Shown: in pieces, positions 12,408 through 26,011 of the stretch
How positions within the stretch are numbered: the stretch's first letter is position 1
How the letters are laid out: each line of letters begins with the position of its first letter
From: Chiloscyllium plagiosum
Lineage: Eukaryota
Assembly (NCBI RefSeq): GCF_004010195.1
Contig: NC_057746.1
Location: forward strand, 30,908,413 to 30,969,463
Length of the DNA stretch: 61,051 nt
Direction: 5' to 3'
Translations under genes and position numbers: made by a program
Notes under the pieces: model-generated
The model's database searches: none
What the model was told of the DNA's origin: nothing
Seen by the model: only the letters and a program-made list of their open reading frames with translations

Positions 12408-14229
12408 TGCGCCGCAGAACACATTCAGCTCAGTCACTCCCTCAGGGAGGTCAGTGCAATCCTCAAGGAATTCTTGTTATTGGCTGCTCTCGGCCCCGCC
12501 CACCCTGAGAGGCGGAGACAGCCCCCAGAGCAGAATGAGGAATAAACAGCGTTAGAGCAGCGACAGGGAATCCCTGAAGCCGGGAGGTGAGAGGGAAGGT
12601 CGGTTGGGAGTGGGGTAGGTGGGTGAAGAGAGGATGGGAGGGGGTGGGGATGTTGTCCTGGGAGTGACTGGCAGCCTGCTGCTCTCCTTCATATCCTTCA
12701 GTCCCAAAGCAGCCCCAGGCACGGATGGCCAAGTTGCGTTTAACTTTGTGGGCAACACAAGCTGAAACATATTGTCCAGCGCCTCCTCACCTTTCCTTTA
12801 CAATCCCCCAGGATCCTCTCAATCCTCACTTCGGGAGTCACTGCACAGAACTGAAGAGCCTCATCCATGGTCCCATTCTGGGAAATCTCCCCTTGCACCA
12901 TCCCTTCAGCCTTGACATCCTTCTGAAAGGCTGTAGCTTGTGCAGGAAACCAGTGGGAATCCTGTTGGTGATGTTTCCACCATTTCTCCAGGCTCACTGC
13001 TGGGTCAGTCCAAGGAAACTCCCCCCAAGGGAGATTCAACCCTAAGGGCTTCCATAAAACCGGACACACGGCAGCAATTCCCTCTCAGATTCTATCTCCC
13101 TCTCCTGGAGAGGGGGGATAGGGAGTGCCTGAGGGTATATGAATAGGAAGGGGTTGGAGGGATATGGGCCGAATGGCCTACTCCTGCACCTATTGTCTAT
13201 TGATCACCCAGGATCTCCTCAATGTACCATAGAGCCAGTATCAGAGCACAGAGCCCAGGACTGCCATTCTGCCCAGGACTGCCATTCAGCACAGCAGCCT
13301 TTCCCAGTCATGGGCTCAGTTCCCAGGAGGTTAGTGCTGTGGATCCTGTTGGCTCACCTCCCACTGGGCAGGCCCCCGGGAAACATTGCAGCAAACCAGG
13401 AGCCCATGGTGGCAGCTGGCTGTGCGCCAGCCCCAAAACTAATCCTCCTCATCGGAGTCCTATTGCCTCGGGACCAGAACATGTGTATTCCCCTGGAGTG
13501 AAATTCAATCCAGTTCTTGGGGCTGGAAGGAGAAGTCCACATCCTAGCCCATTTCTTTCTGAAAACATGGTTTTTGCCACCTGTTCATGAGTCCATATTG
13601 TCCACTCACCTTGTGCATCGCTTCAGAAACAGCTCACCATTCCTGCAGCACACTGCCCAGACATGGGACAAGCTTTTCCTGATCTAGAGATGGAGAGAAC
13701 AACAGATTTCTTCGGATTTCTGTTCCGAGTTCATTTATGAGCCTCCCGTCAATTCCTCAGGGCCCTCTCCTCCTCCAAGACACTTTCTCCTGACAGCCCA
13801 TTGGTCTCCTCACACATGAGATTCCCGAGGCCCAGAAGTTTCAGTTAAATGTTGTGTGGACATGATGGGGAGTGAGCTGCAGCAAAGTGCAGTCCTCATT
13901 GATGAGCCCCTCGGGACTGTCTGTCCCTCTATCCTCAGGCAGGGAGGCTTGCTCAGCACGGCCAGGGCTTTAGTAAACCACCTGTTTGTTTCAGGAATAT
14001 GTTCCCCTCTTCAGCTTTCTCCTCATGGGCCATCTTGAACATCCAGGGGTGGTGAGCTGTCTCCCAGTGACCGTGCTGGAGGTGACTGACTCTCTGCAGC
14101 TGAACTTTGTCCAACTCCCTCCCAGCAGCCGCTGGATGTGTCTGGGGAAGTAGTCCTCTGAAACCATTCCTGCAGCTCGGAGAGAGGCCGTTCCTCAGAT
14201 CACCCAAAGTGTGCCTGCTGACAGGATGG

Positions 14230-14343
14230 ACAGGAGAAAGGGCTTATGCCCTTCCTGAAGAAGGGCTTATGCCCAAAACGTCGATTCTCCTGTTCCCTGG
14301 ATGCTGCCTGACCTGCTGCGCTTTTTCAGCAACACATTTTCAG
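14230..14343 (+). mobile_element. Penelope-like short insertion with a hammerhead motif (G12>A)
   Basis: ctgaaga-agggc-ttat-gccc-aaaac-gtc; 15-bp TSD ctgctgacaggatgg (14215-14229, 14344-14358); empty site at about 30475-30490. Confidence 0.85.
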
Positions 14344-16159
14344 CTGCTGACAGGATGGTCTTGCTTTAATGGGGAGGCTGAATGGAACATTAAACTGGTT
14401 TCATCTGGTGGGAAGGAGTTGCCAAAAATGAAGAGGAAACCAAGTGTTAGTTTGTGAGAAATGTCTTTCCCCAGAGATTGGTGAGAATGTGGGGCTCACT
14501 GATGCATCGTGTCATTGAGAGGAATTTCTGGAGAAATGGAGGATGTTGATGGGTTTTAACAAGCAGAGGCTGGAGAACTGGATGTAATGGACTGTTTCTG
14601 TGCTGTCCGTAACAGAGAATAATCTGTCAGCGATCGCCCTTCCCTCAGTTACTCTGTGCCAGCTGCTGTCTCCCCATCACTGTTGTGCCTGAGAGCAGAT
14701 CCCTCAGTCCAGGCTGGGGCGCCTCCCTGCTCTGCATGGTTCAGTATCACAGCAGTCGGTGCATTGACCCACTGAGCAATCAGGGCCACACACAGGGAGC
14801 TCAAAAATCAAACTGTGATCAAAGCACAGGAACAGATCCAATCAGCACAGAGAGAGGGAGAGAGAGACCCTGATCATCTCCTTTCTCTCTCCAGAAATAA
14901 GCAACACTGGAACCTCGATCATGCTTTAAAACTGGAGTCCCTGTTGATCTGGAAATAGGGAGATAACTGGGTTTCCCAGACTTAGTCTGGCACTGACGTC
15001 TTGATCCTTGCGTTAAAATGTCAAGATGTATCAAATGCTAAAATGTCATGGATTCAGAGACAGGAGAATGGGAAAGCAGCTGAAAATGTGCCTGAAGGGA
15101 CAGGATAAGCTGAATGGAGCAGAATCACAGTGCAGTCACAGCACATTGGGGATAACATAGACTTAAAGGTGGAAGGTATTTAAATATTTTGTGTATATCC
15201 ATCATGCTGCAATGGAAGATCTGTCTTTGTTGTTTAATAAGTCTGCTGTTTCTCCTTGTGTAATAATGTAACTAGTTGTGAGGTGAACCAATGTGCTGAG
15301 CTTCAAGCCAGGAGGGAGGTAGATGGAGTTCTAAACGAAGAAGAATTCAGTCTAAAGATATCATTGCTGAACAAAACAGGGACACACACAGAGAAATGTC
15401 AGGGCCTGTCACCTCAGAGAGGACTTCCCTTGCCCACAGCAACAGGACTAGAGCCTGTCACCTTTGGGATGTGTGAATGGCCCCTTCGTGCCCTCCTCTG
15501 ATCCAGCAATCACCCCCATTGCTGGCCTGTGCCTGGAGACTGCCCTCTGCTGGAAGGAACATGTGATCACACGGAGGTGGTCCTGCATCTGCAGGGGAGC
15601 ATTGATGACCCACTCAGATGGCCTGGGTTAAGGCATTGCTTTATCTGTCAAGGGAGCAGGGTCAGGAAGAGTATAAACTCCATCCAAGAGGTCTGGTGAA
15701 GGTAATGGACACAAAATTTCCATTGTACCCAAACCAGAGCTTCTAAAGTCTCATCATGATGATATTGGTTTTATACTTTCTATCTCTATTGCTGACACCT
15801 CATCAGTTCAACCACTTTATCCAACCACTCTGCAAACCTCATCAGTGCTCCTCACCAGCCTCCATATCCCTCTAATGCTGCAATCCGATTAGAATTGGAC
15901 ATTTTCTGTTCTCCAAAATGCAAATGCTCATGCTCCAGCATCATTATATACAAATGTACCGGTAGAAACTTCAGGGAAATTGGGAGAATCTTACCTTTTT
16001 GTTAAGTCTATGTCCAGGAGGGAATCTCGGCATGAGACCCCAATGAAGATTCTAACCATATCTGACCAACTCACCACAGTAATTACCAACACCACCCCAA
16101 CGGTATCTCCCATGGCTGATTTCAGCCTCACCTTACCATGCACCATTTCCTGAACAACA

Positions 16160-16930
16160 TAGACAGGATGGTGAAGGCAGTGTTTGGTATGTTTGCCTTC
16201 ATTGGTCAGTGCATTGAGTTCAGGAGTTAGGACATCATGTCACAGCTGTACAAGACATTGGTACATGTGGAGTCACATGGAAGGTAAGGATGGCAGATTG
16301 GTCCCCTATAGGACATTAGTGAAACCGGATGGGTGACCATGACTAAGACAAGCTTCACTCTCCTGATTTATAAATTGAATTAATATTCTCATGAGATTTG
16401 AACCCAGATCCTCCACAGGGTTCAAATATCATGAGAATATTCAAAGTGGTGTGGCCATTTTGAGAATATTGCACTCAACTCTGGTCTCCCTGCTGCAGGA
16501 AAGATGCTGCTAAACTTGAAATGGTTCAGAAACGTTTCATAGGGATGTTGTTGGGAGTGGAGGTCCTGAGCCACAGGGACAGGCGGGGCCTTCCCTCCCT
16601 GGAGCGGCAGAGGCTGAGGGGCAACCCTACAGAGGAGCATGGAGAGGGCGGATAGCCAGGGTAGGGGAGTTCAAAACTAAAGGGCATAGGTGCAGGGTGA
16701 GAGGGGGAAGATTCAAAAGGGGCCTGAGTAACATGCAGAGGGCAGTGTGTGTATGGAACAAGCTGTCAAAGGATGTGGTGGAGGCTGGCACAATCACACC
16801 ATTTAAAAGGCATTTGGAGATGTACCTGAATAGGAAGGGTTTAGACAGACATGGCCCAAATGCTGCCAAAATGGGACCAGATCAGTCCAGGATATCTGGT
16901 CGGGATGGACAAGTTATTTCCAAGCTGCAT
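16160..16930 (+). mobile_element. Decayed CR1 fragment with an internal reverse-strand SINE piece (about 16262-16420); duplicated at about 32520-33290
   Basis: QRAVCVWNKLSKDVVEAGTI..FKRHL motif. Confidence 0.7.
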
Positions 16931-17813
16931 GACCCGATGAGCAGTCGGGATTACTGGTCCAGTCATATTCCCACCATCTCCTCCTGAGTTTTGCAGTAAC
17001 ATTAAGCACGACAAATCACAGGAGGGAAGTGGACAGAAAGCTCATGTTGAAACGATAATGTGATAAAATGAATATCATTCATATGGTCTTGCCAGAACAA
17101 AACACTTGATGGGAGGGCCAGGAGCTTAACAACCACCACCAAAAATAAAATGTAATTTTCTTCAGTGAGTTATGTTCCAACAGAGATCGGGGGATAGAAT
17201 GTAGGGAGAATATTTTTCACTCAGNNNNNNNNNNNNNNNNNNNNNNNNNNNNNNNNNNNNNNNNNNNNNNNNNNNNNNNNNNNNNNNNNNNNNNNNNNNN
17301 NNNNNNNNNNNNNNNNNNNNNNNNNNNNNNNNNNNNNNNNNNNNNNNNNNNNNNNNNNNNNNNNNNNNNNNNNNNNNNNNNNNNNNNNNNNNNNNNGGGG
17401 GGGATGAAGAAATGATTTCAGATTAAAATATTCTTCACCCGGTGACAGTTTCCGAAATGCTGCAATTGTAATTTCTCACTGAAGTTGTAAACTTGTTCCG
17501 GAAGCTGCCATCCTCTTCCTTTCTGTAAACGGTCAAAGGTGAGACATCGCAAAGTTTTCTCAACAGAAATCGCGTCGCTTTCAAGTGCCGTTTAATTCCA
17601 TCTTGGGGAAAGTTTACCCGAGGGAGCTGCTCCAGTCACATCCAGCCGACGGCGAATTAGTCCGAGACTCTGCGATGGACGGTGCCGATGGATACAGAAA
17701 GGAAGCTCTGTATGAACTATCACCATCTCGGTGCTGCCTGAGCTGAATGTGTTCAGCAGCGCAGGGACATTGGAACTGAAAGGGGTTTGCATCAGGAAGT
17801 GCTGAGGGCGGAC

Positions 17814-19820
17814 ATGGATTCCAGACAGCAGGTCCTGAGACTGACTGAGGAGGCAGTTTGTCCCATTTGTCTGGATTTCTTCACCGATCCAGTTTCACTG
17901 GATTGTGGACACAACTTCTGCCGCTCCTGTATCACCCAGAGTTGGAAAAAGCAGGAGATAAACTCCTGCCCGGAATGTAGACAGGAGTTTCCGGACAGAT
18001 CCCTCAGAGGAAACCGGGCCTTAGCGAATCTGGCCGAGAAAGCTCGAACATTAAATCTGAATCCACAAGAGAAGGAAAGTAAACATCAGTGTGAGGAACA
18101 TCAGGAAGAACTGAAACTGTTTTGTAAAACTGACAAGAAATTGATGTGTCTGGTTTGTAGAGATTCCCGGGAACACAAATCTCACAACTTCATGCCGATT
18201 AAAGAAGCTGTTGGAATCTACAAGGTAAAAGGAAACCGATTCCATCCTCCAACTATTTCATCACATTTTCATGGTATAACACTTTCATTGCTTTTCTCTC
18301 GCAATCCCAGGATCGGGTGAAATCTTCCTTGGAATCTCTCACAGGGAAGAAATCAGCAGCTCTAGAAATGGAGCAGCAGCAGAAACAGCAGATTTCTCAA
18401 ATTCAGGTAAAATCTCCCTGGGTTCGGCTTCAACATTAGATTTGGCCATTTGTGTTTTTTCATGGAAAAATATTGTGTTGGTGTTTCATTTCACAGGAGG
18501 AATCCAGCAGCCTGCAGACCCACATCAAATCCGAGTTCACTAAAATGCACCAGATGCTGACTGAGAAAGAGCAGAGTTTACTCCGAGATCTCAGGGAACA
18601 AGAGGAAAACATTCTCAAACCAATGGAGGAACATCTTCAAGAAATTCAAGAGAATTTAAATTCTATTCAGAACAAGCTCTCAAAGTTGGAGAAACAACTG
18701 CAACACACAGACGGAGTGATATTTCTGAAGGTGAGGGATTATATTTCAGTGAAAGTGTGACTGTGAACAGTCCCAGCATGATGCAGACACCCATCCTCCT
18801 TCATTCCCCCGTCACTATCTCCCTCTGCTCCTTTCTCCCTCATGGGTTTCTCCACATTCCTGTTCAATACATTTGTTTCAATCACACTGTGTGACAGTGG
18901 ATTCCACATTCTCATCACTTTCTTGACAAAGAAATTGGTTCTGAACTTCCCTTTGGATTTATTTGTTCCATGATTACTTTTACGGATCCGTATTTTCAGA
19001 TTCCCTCCAAGTGGCAGCATCTTCATTGAATCCAGCAAATCCACTCTGTCATCTTTTCAACATCTGAATCAGATCTTCTGTTTTATCGAGTCGCTTAATA
19101 TCACCAATTAACTTTTGCACTTGTTGCTTTTTAAAATATTTTCTCCTGGTCTTCAGTATCCTTCGTGTAATATCCTCTTTCTACTCCATGTTCGCAACAA
19201 TGAGAACAGGGGAGATGGTGGGTGTAGTGGTAATGCTGCTGGACTAGTTTTCATAGATGGTGAAAGTTAACTTCAACAAAACATACCTGACATTTAAGAG
19301 AAAGGATCACCTAATGGTGACCATGTAAACATTGTCGATTGTTGTAAAACCATTTGATTCACTATCAGGGAAGACAATCTACTGTCCTTCCCTGGTCTGG
19401 TCTCCATATGCCTCCAGACCCAGCAATTAGATCACTGTTGGGATGGGTAAGGAATGTTGGTTAAGCCAGTGACACTCATACCCCATGTATTAGTGTTTTT
19501 TTTAAAAATGACAGCTCTTAATAGGATGTAACAATGTGAGTGTAATTGTTGCTTTCTGGATACAGACTCTGTCAACTCAGATTGGTGTTTGGTTTATTTC
19601 AGGAGGAAGTATCTCGGAGGAGGAGGTAGGACAAGCACTTTACTGCAACTGATTGAAAATTAATGAAGTTATTCAGGAAAGTCTTTCTGGTGAATTTATG
19701 ATAAACTGTTTAATATTTACAGGATTAACGATACGATTGATAATGTCCTGTCGACTGAAAAATCCAACATCCTTTTACCGTTTCCAATGTGGACAGAAAT
19801 AGTGGAGGCCATTAAACCGA
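17814..19820 (+). CDS. TRIM-B, RING/B-box/coiled-coil. Exons 17814-18224, 18311-18406, 18497-18730, 19603-19625, 19723-about 19820; exon-5 donor mutated, no B30.2 exon seen (truncated gene or pseudogene)
   Basis: Intact RING and B-box; 411/96/234/23-bp GT-AG exons; exon 5 has an in-frame deletion and ends ccga|ataaag where paralogues have cctg|gtaaa. Confidence 0.8.
19208..19490 (+). mobile_element. tRNA-derived Deu-domain SINE (SacSINE1-like), degenerate
   Basis: Head ggtgtagtggtaatg..ctggactag; body ctaatggtgaccatg..attgtcgattgttgtaaa..cctggtctgg..ctccagaccc. Confidence 0.55.
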
Positions 19821-20199
19821 ATAAAGGTCAGACCAGTTCCTTTGTGCTGATTATAATTTATAATTTAAATTGTTATGTATACAAATATCAAAGAGAGTAT
19901 ATTTAAGCACTCAATCATCCAGAAACCTGGATTAATCTGGCCTTGAATGTCATTGACATCAAGGCAGCATGTGACCAAGTGTGACACCAAGAAGCCCAGT
20001 GAAACAGGAGTCAATGGGAATCAGGCGGAATTCTCCACTGGTGGGAATTGTACTGAACACATTGGAAGATAGTTGTGATTATTTGGAGGTGGATCATCTC
20101 CACCGCTGGCCTTCACAACAGCAGCTCCTCACGTCTGTGTCCTCGGCCCAACAACCTACTTCAGCAGGAATGCTCCCCCCAGCATCATGTCAGAGATGG

Positions 20200-20975
20200 G
20201 GCTGTTTGATCATGATGCGTTGGTCAAATGGGCAGATCAATAGCAGATGGAACTTAATCCTGAAAACTGTGAGGTGATGCACTTTGGAAGAAGTAACAAG
20301 ACAAGGGGGTAGTTAATGAATGACAGGACACTGTCAAGCTCAGAGGGATCTAACGGTGCTTATCCATAGATCAGTGAAAATGGCTGAACATGTTAATAGG
20401 GCAGTTAACAAGGTGCTCCCCGTTATCAGTTGAGGCACAGATGATAAGAGCAGGGAGGTTATGTTGAAGCTGTACAGGATTTTGGTTTGGCCACAGCTGA
20501 AGTACTGAGTGCAGTTCTGATCTCCTTACAATAGAAAGTATGTGATTGCATTGGAGGGGGTGCAGAGGAGATTCACCAGGATGTTGTCTGGGTTGGAACA
20601 TTTTGGTTATGAAGAGAGGTTGGATAGGCTTGAGTTGTTTTCTTTAGAGCAGGGAAGACTGAAGAGGGAGAGGAAGCAGATGTTCTCCTTAATAGCAGAG
20701 TCAATAATGAGGGGATTTAGTTTTAAGCTGAAGGGTAAGAGGTTTCAGGAGTATTTGAGGAAACCCTTTCTCCCCCAGAGGGTGATGGGAATCTGGAACT
20801 CACTGCCTGGGAGGGCATGAGAGGGGGAATCACACAACTTTTATAAAAGTATATGAATGAGCATGTGAAACGTCATAGCATCCAAAGCTCTGGGCCAAGA
20901 ACTGGCAAGTGTGATTCCTGTAGTGCAAGACCAGTGGGTTGAAGGGTCTCTCCTGTGCTGTATGACTGTGTGACT
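20200..20975 (+). mobile_element. CR1-like LINE 3' fragment
   Basis: ALEGVQRRFTRML.GL..GYEERLDRLELFSLE. Confidence 0.85.
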
Positions 20976-21449
20976 CACATTCAGTACGTGTGCTTTATTT
21001 ACTGTTATATGGAAATTATACATTCAGTAGACTCATGTGACAATTTACAGGGCAATTGGCTGAGAAATGCTGAATTCTCACCTGGTCATTCAGATTATTT
21101 TCTATTTTAGCCATTTTTTTTCTTGAAAGTCTCTTCAGCAAAATGGTTGCTGCCCCTGGGCTGGGCTGTTGTGGAAATAATGCTGAGCTGAACAAAATAT
21201 TGTGTGTCCATCAGCAACAGGAAAGGCTGTAGCTTCAGTGTGAGAGCAGAAAGAGGGGAGTGAAACAGGGAAATAAAATGTGTTGATAAGAGACTGAGAA
21301 AGACCTTGCTGTTACATAGCTCCATGTTATTTCCTGGGGATTCCTGAGCACTTCATAATCAATGGATTATTTTTTGACAGGGGATTAATGTTGTTAGCAA
21401 CTTTTGAAATTGCTCCTGATATTGATTGGATTGGATTTGTTTGAACAGG

Positions 21450-23140
21450 AGAGATTCACAGTGGAGGACACGAATAACATGGCAGTAATTGACAAAGAGA
21501 TGAAGGTAGGCGAGGACCTGGAAACAATCATTATCACAGAAGTGGTGGCATTGGGCATCTCATGGAGCTCATGGTAGACAAGTCTCCTGGCCCTGATGGG
21601 ATGTCTCCCAGAGCACTAAAAGAGATGGTGGGAGAAATAGCAAATGAACTTGTGGTAATTTTCCAAATTTCACTGGGGCAGGTCCAGCAGATTGGAAAAC
21701 AGCAAATGTGATGTCACTGTTTAAAAAGAGAGGTAGATAAAAGATGGGGAATTGTAGACTGGTTAGCTCAACTTCAGTATTGGGGAAAATGCTTGAGTCT
21801 GTTATTGTGGAAGAGCTGGCAAGGCATTTAGATGAAAATTGTCCCCTTGGGCAGAGGCAATATGGATTCATGAAGGGCAAGCCACGCTTAACCAATCTAC
21901 TGGAATTCTATGAAGACTTTACGAGCATGACGGGCAACGGTAACCCAGTAGATGTGGTGTAACTAGATTTGCAAAAGGCATTTAACAAGGTGCAGCACAA
22001 AAGGCTGCTGCATAAGATAAAGATGCAAGGCATCGGCAATGTACTGGTATGTACAGAGGATTGGTTAACCAACAGGAAGAAAAGAGTGGGGATAAATGAG
22101 TGCTTTTCTGGCTGACGATCAGTGACTAGCGGTGTGCCTCAGGGGTATGTTGAGACTGCAATTATTTACAATTTACACAGATGATTTGGAGTTAGGGACC
22201 ATGTGTAGTGTGTCAAAGTTTGTGATGGCCCCAAGATGAGCAGTAGAACAAAGTGCGCAGAGGACTGTGAAACTTTGCAGAGGGACATAGTTTAAGTGAG
22301 CAGGCAAGGGTCTGGCAGATGGAGTACAATGTAAATAAATGTGAAGTCATTCATTTTGGAAGGAATCACAGTAAAAAGTACTATTACTTGAATTGTGAAA
22401 AATTGCAGCATGTTGCTGTGCAGAGGGATCTGGGTGTCCTTGTGCATGAACCACAGAAGGTTGGTCTGCAGATGTAAAAGGTAATTAAGAAGGCAAATGG
22501 AATTTTGTTCTTCATTGCTGAAGGGATTGTGTTTAAAAGCAGGAAGCTTAAGTTGTAGCTGTATAGGGTGTAGGTGAGGCTACATCTGGGGTACTGTGTG
22601 TAGTTTTGGTCTCCTTACTTGAGAAAGGATGTACTGACACTAGCGAGGTTGCAGAGGAAGTTTACCAGGTTGTTTCCGGATTTGAGGGAGTTGGCTAAAA
22701 GGGAGAGACTGAGTAGACTGGGGATTATATTCATTGCAATTTAGAAATGTGAGGAGAGATCTTATAGAAACATATAAAATTATAAAGGGAATAGATAAAA
22801 TAGAAGTAGAGAGGATGTTTCCACTGGCAGGGGAAGCTGGAACAAGAGGACATCGCCTCAACATTAGGGAGAGCAGATTTAGGACTGAACTGAAAAGCAA
22901 CTTCTTCACCCAGAGGGTTGTGAATCTAAAAATTCCCTGCCCAATGAAGTAGCTGAGGCTTCCTCAGAAAATATTTTTTTAAGGTAAGATAGATACATTT
23001 TTGAACAAAAAAGGAATTAAAGTTTATGGTGACAGGGCAGGTAAGTGGAGCTGAGACCACAGAAAGATCAGCCATGATCTTATTGGATGGTGGGGCAGGG
23101 TCAAAGGGCCAGATGGCCTCCTCCTGCTCCAAGTACTTAT
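21450..23140 (+). mobile_element. CR1-like LINE ORF2 (RT) remnant to the 3' end
   Basis: KSPGPDG, NCRLVSSTSVLGKMLE, QYGFMKGK..LTNLLEF, RDLIETYKI..FFTQRVVNL. Confidence 0.9.
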
Positions 23141-23429
23141 GTGTCCCCAGAACATTACCTGGGCATCTGGATTAACAATCTGGACCACTTCCTCCCCTCA
23201 CAGGTAACTTAGTGCCATTCAGTTCATGGATGGAACTGTGATAGCTTTGTCCTGGAGCTACCACACATCCTCAAAATATTCAGCTTAAATAACCTCTCCT
23301 CAGGTTTCGTCCCAACACTGTGGGTCTGGGACTGAAATTAACATTTCACTCCAATATAATGTGACTCACTAAGTCCATTATCCACTTCTCAGGAACACTG
23401 CTGTACACAGCCATCCTGTTCCAAAGTCT

Positions 23430-24101
23430 TCTCAGAACCCAGGGATAAAACGAAAGCAATAGGTTGTTTTTACTCAGTCATGGGAGTGTGGAATGGTGTC
23501 ATCAGACAGGACCACAGTGGGTAGCCCTTGTCTCCTAGGAACCAGCTTGTAGGACACCTGGGCCCTCAAACACAGCAGGGACATGAGAGTGCTCCAGGGT
23601 GTAGAAACCATGGCAGCTCCCAGGGTACTGGGGACACACCTTCAGGAAGTGGAACTGGTGATTCCAGACAATCTGCATACTAATGGATTGGAAGCACTTC
23701 CTATTGATGAACTCCACTGCATTGTCATATCGCCCTCTCAATGGGACATGACTACAGCTGATGGTGCCCTGTACCTGGGGGAAGACAGCGATGTTCCTGA
23801 ATCCTACTGCCTGGGCTGAAGGACTGACCTTGACGTGGGGAAACGAGAGCAACTGCTGAGATCTTGTACAGATGGCACTGATCCATTTGTGGGTGGGTGA
23901 CTGAGAGATCCCACACAGATCCCCAGTGGCCCCCTGGAAGAAGCCAAACACATCAAGGTTCCGCACAGCTGTCCCCTTCTCAGACACCAGAAGAGGAAGG
24001 GCCCTCACTTCCTCAGCTCTCAGGGCCCGATCCAGCAGCTGGGACAATTCAGTCACGAGGTCCCGGGACAGACAGAGGCTGCATTGTCAGGTTCCAGGCC
24101 T
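23430..24101 (-). mobile_element. PIF/Harbinger transposase (HARBI1-like DDE nuclease) remnant
   Basis: FPQVQGTISCSHV..FINRKCFQSISMQIV..VCPQYPGSCHG aligns by eye to GAIDCTH..NRKG.HS.NVQ..PGS.HD; catalytic Asp positions altered. Confidence 0.8.
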
Positions 24102-25002
24102 NNNNNNNNNNNNNNNNNNNNNNNNNNNNNNNNNNNNNNNNNNNNNNNNNNNNNNNNNNNNNNNNNNNNNNNNNNNNNNNNNNNNNNNNNNNNNNNNNNN
24201 NNNNNNNNNNNNNNNNNNNNNNNNNNNNNNNNNNNNNNNNNNNNNNNNNNNNNNNNNNNNNNNNNNNNNNNNNNNNNNNNNNNNNNNNNNNNNNNNNNNN
24301 NNNNNNNNNNNNNNNNNNNNNNNNNNNNNNNNNNNNNNNNNNNNNNNNNNNNNNNNNNNNNNNNNNNNNNNNNNNNNNNNNNNNNNNNNNNNNNNNNNNN
24401 NNNNNNNNNNNNNNNNNNNNNNNNNNNNNNNNNNNNNNNNNNNNNNNNNNNNNNNNNNNNNNNNNNNNNNNNNNNNNNNNNNNNNNNNNNNNNNNNNNNN
24501 NNNNNNNNNNNNNNNNNNNNNNNNNNNNNNNNNNNNNNNNNNNNNNNNNNNNNNNNNNNNNNNNNNNNNNNNNNNNNNNNNNNNNNNNNNNNNNNNNNNN
24601 NATATGTAAAAACTGTACAGAGTCGAACTGCTCTCGTCATACGAAATGTATGAACTGTATAAAAAGAATTTTATGAATAAACTATATTTTTGAAATACAC
24701 CAACTTGTAATTTGAACTGTTTTCCACATGTATGTGAATAAATCACTTGCATCTTGGGTGGAGCTGTGAATTGTCGACTGCTTTTTAATTTAGCCTTTTA
24801 ATAGTGATGAGAATTTCAATAGTGAAAGCCACCATCATCAACGAGATTGAGGAAAATGTATGAAGCGGGAGAGTAGACAAACACATGAGGGAAAGAGGAG
24901 CAGAAAGGGATATTGGAGGAATGAGGGAGGATGGGAGCAAGTTTATGAGGATCACATTCTGAGTTTACTTTCCATGAACTAAAATTAAATATAATCCCTC
25001 AC

Positions 25003-25961
25003 CTGGAGAAATATCACTCCGTCTTTTTGTTCCAACTGTTTTTCCAACTTTGAGAGTTTCTCCTGAAAAGAATTTAAATTCTTTTGAATTTTGCCAAGAT
25101 TTTGCTGCATTGTTCTGAGAATGTTTTCCTCTTGTTCCCTGAGATCTCGGAGTAAACGCTGCTCTTTCTCAGTGAGAAACTGGTGCATTTTGGTGAACTC
25201 GGATTTGATGTGAGTCTGCAGATTTTGGGATTGAACCTACAAGAGCAAATATAGAAACAATCTGCTTCTGCAGTAAAACACAACAAAGGAAGGAATCAAA
25301 TTTGGAAGCTGAGCTCAGGGAAATTTTACCCGAATTTGGGAAATCTTCTGTTTCTGCTGCCGCTCCATTTCGAGAGCCGCCGATTTCTTCCCTGTGAGAG
25401 ATTCCAAGGAAGATTTCACCCGATCCTGGGATTGGGAGAGAAAATCAGAAAATAAAAGTATTAGACCATGAAAATGTGATAAAATAATCAGGGTATGGAA
25501 TCTGTTTCCTTTTACCTTGTAGATTCCAACCGCTTCTTCAATCGGGATGAAGCGGTGCTCCCTGTGTTCCCGGGAAACTACACAATTCACACAAATAAAT
25601 TTCTCGTCAGTTTCACAAAAAACCTTCAATTCTTCCTGATGTTCCTCACAGTGACGTTTACTTCCCTTCTCCTGCGGATTCAGATTTAACTTCCGAACTT
25701 TCTCAGATAGATTCGCTAAGGCCCGATTTCCTCTGAGGTTTCTGTCCGGAAACTCCTCTCTACATTCCGGGCAGGAGATTCTCTCCTGCTTTTCCCAGCT
25801 CTGGGTGATACAGGAGCGACAGAAGTTGTGTTCACACTCCAGTATAACCGGATCGGTGAAGAAATCCTGACAAACAGTATAACCGGATCGGTGAAGAAAT
25901 CCTGACAAATGGGACAGATTACCTCCTCGGTCAAACTCTGGAAATGCTGTTTGAAATCCAT
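25003..25961 (-). pseudogene. TRIM-C, duplicate of TRIM-A frameshifted by a 35-bp tandem duplication in the RING. Exons 25961-25516, 25425-25330, 25236-25003; downstream exons not seen
   Basis: cagtataaccggatcggtgaagaaatcctgacaaa twice (25840-25874, 25875-25909); exon 1 is 446 bp instead of 411. Confidence 0.85.
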
Positions 25962-25992
25962 GTCCACCCTCATCACTTCCTGATTCAAACTA

Positions 25993-26011
25993 TTTTCAGT
26001 TTCAGTTTCCC
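25993..26011 (-). promoter_or_regulatory. ISRE/IRF-binding motif upstream of TRIM-C
   Basis: Identical to 12389-12407. Confidence 0.5.

Larger units (their letters stand above)
10878..17210. repeat. Segmental duplication copy 1; copy 2 at about 24602-33562, with weaker homology continuing through TRIM-B/TRIM-D
   Basis: Near-identical colinear blocks, e.g. 10878-11860 vs 24602-25583 (offset 13723) and 16627-16987 vs 32986-33346. Confidence 0.9.

Noticed and set aside
19208-19260. tRNA gene
   Set aside because: Only a degenerate SINE head; no complete cloverleaf
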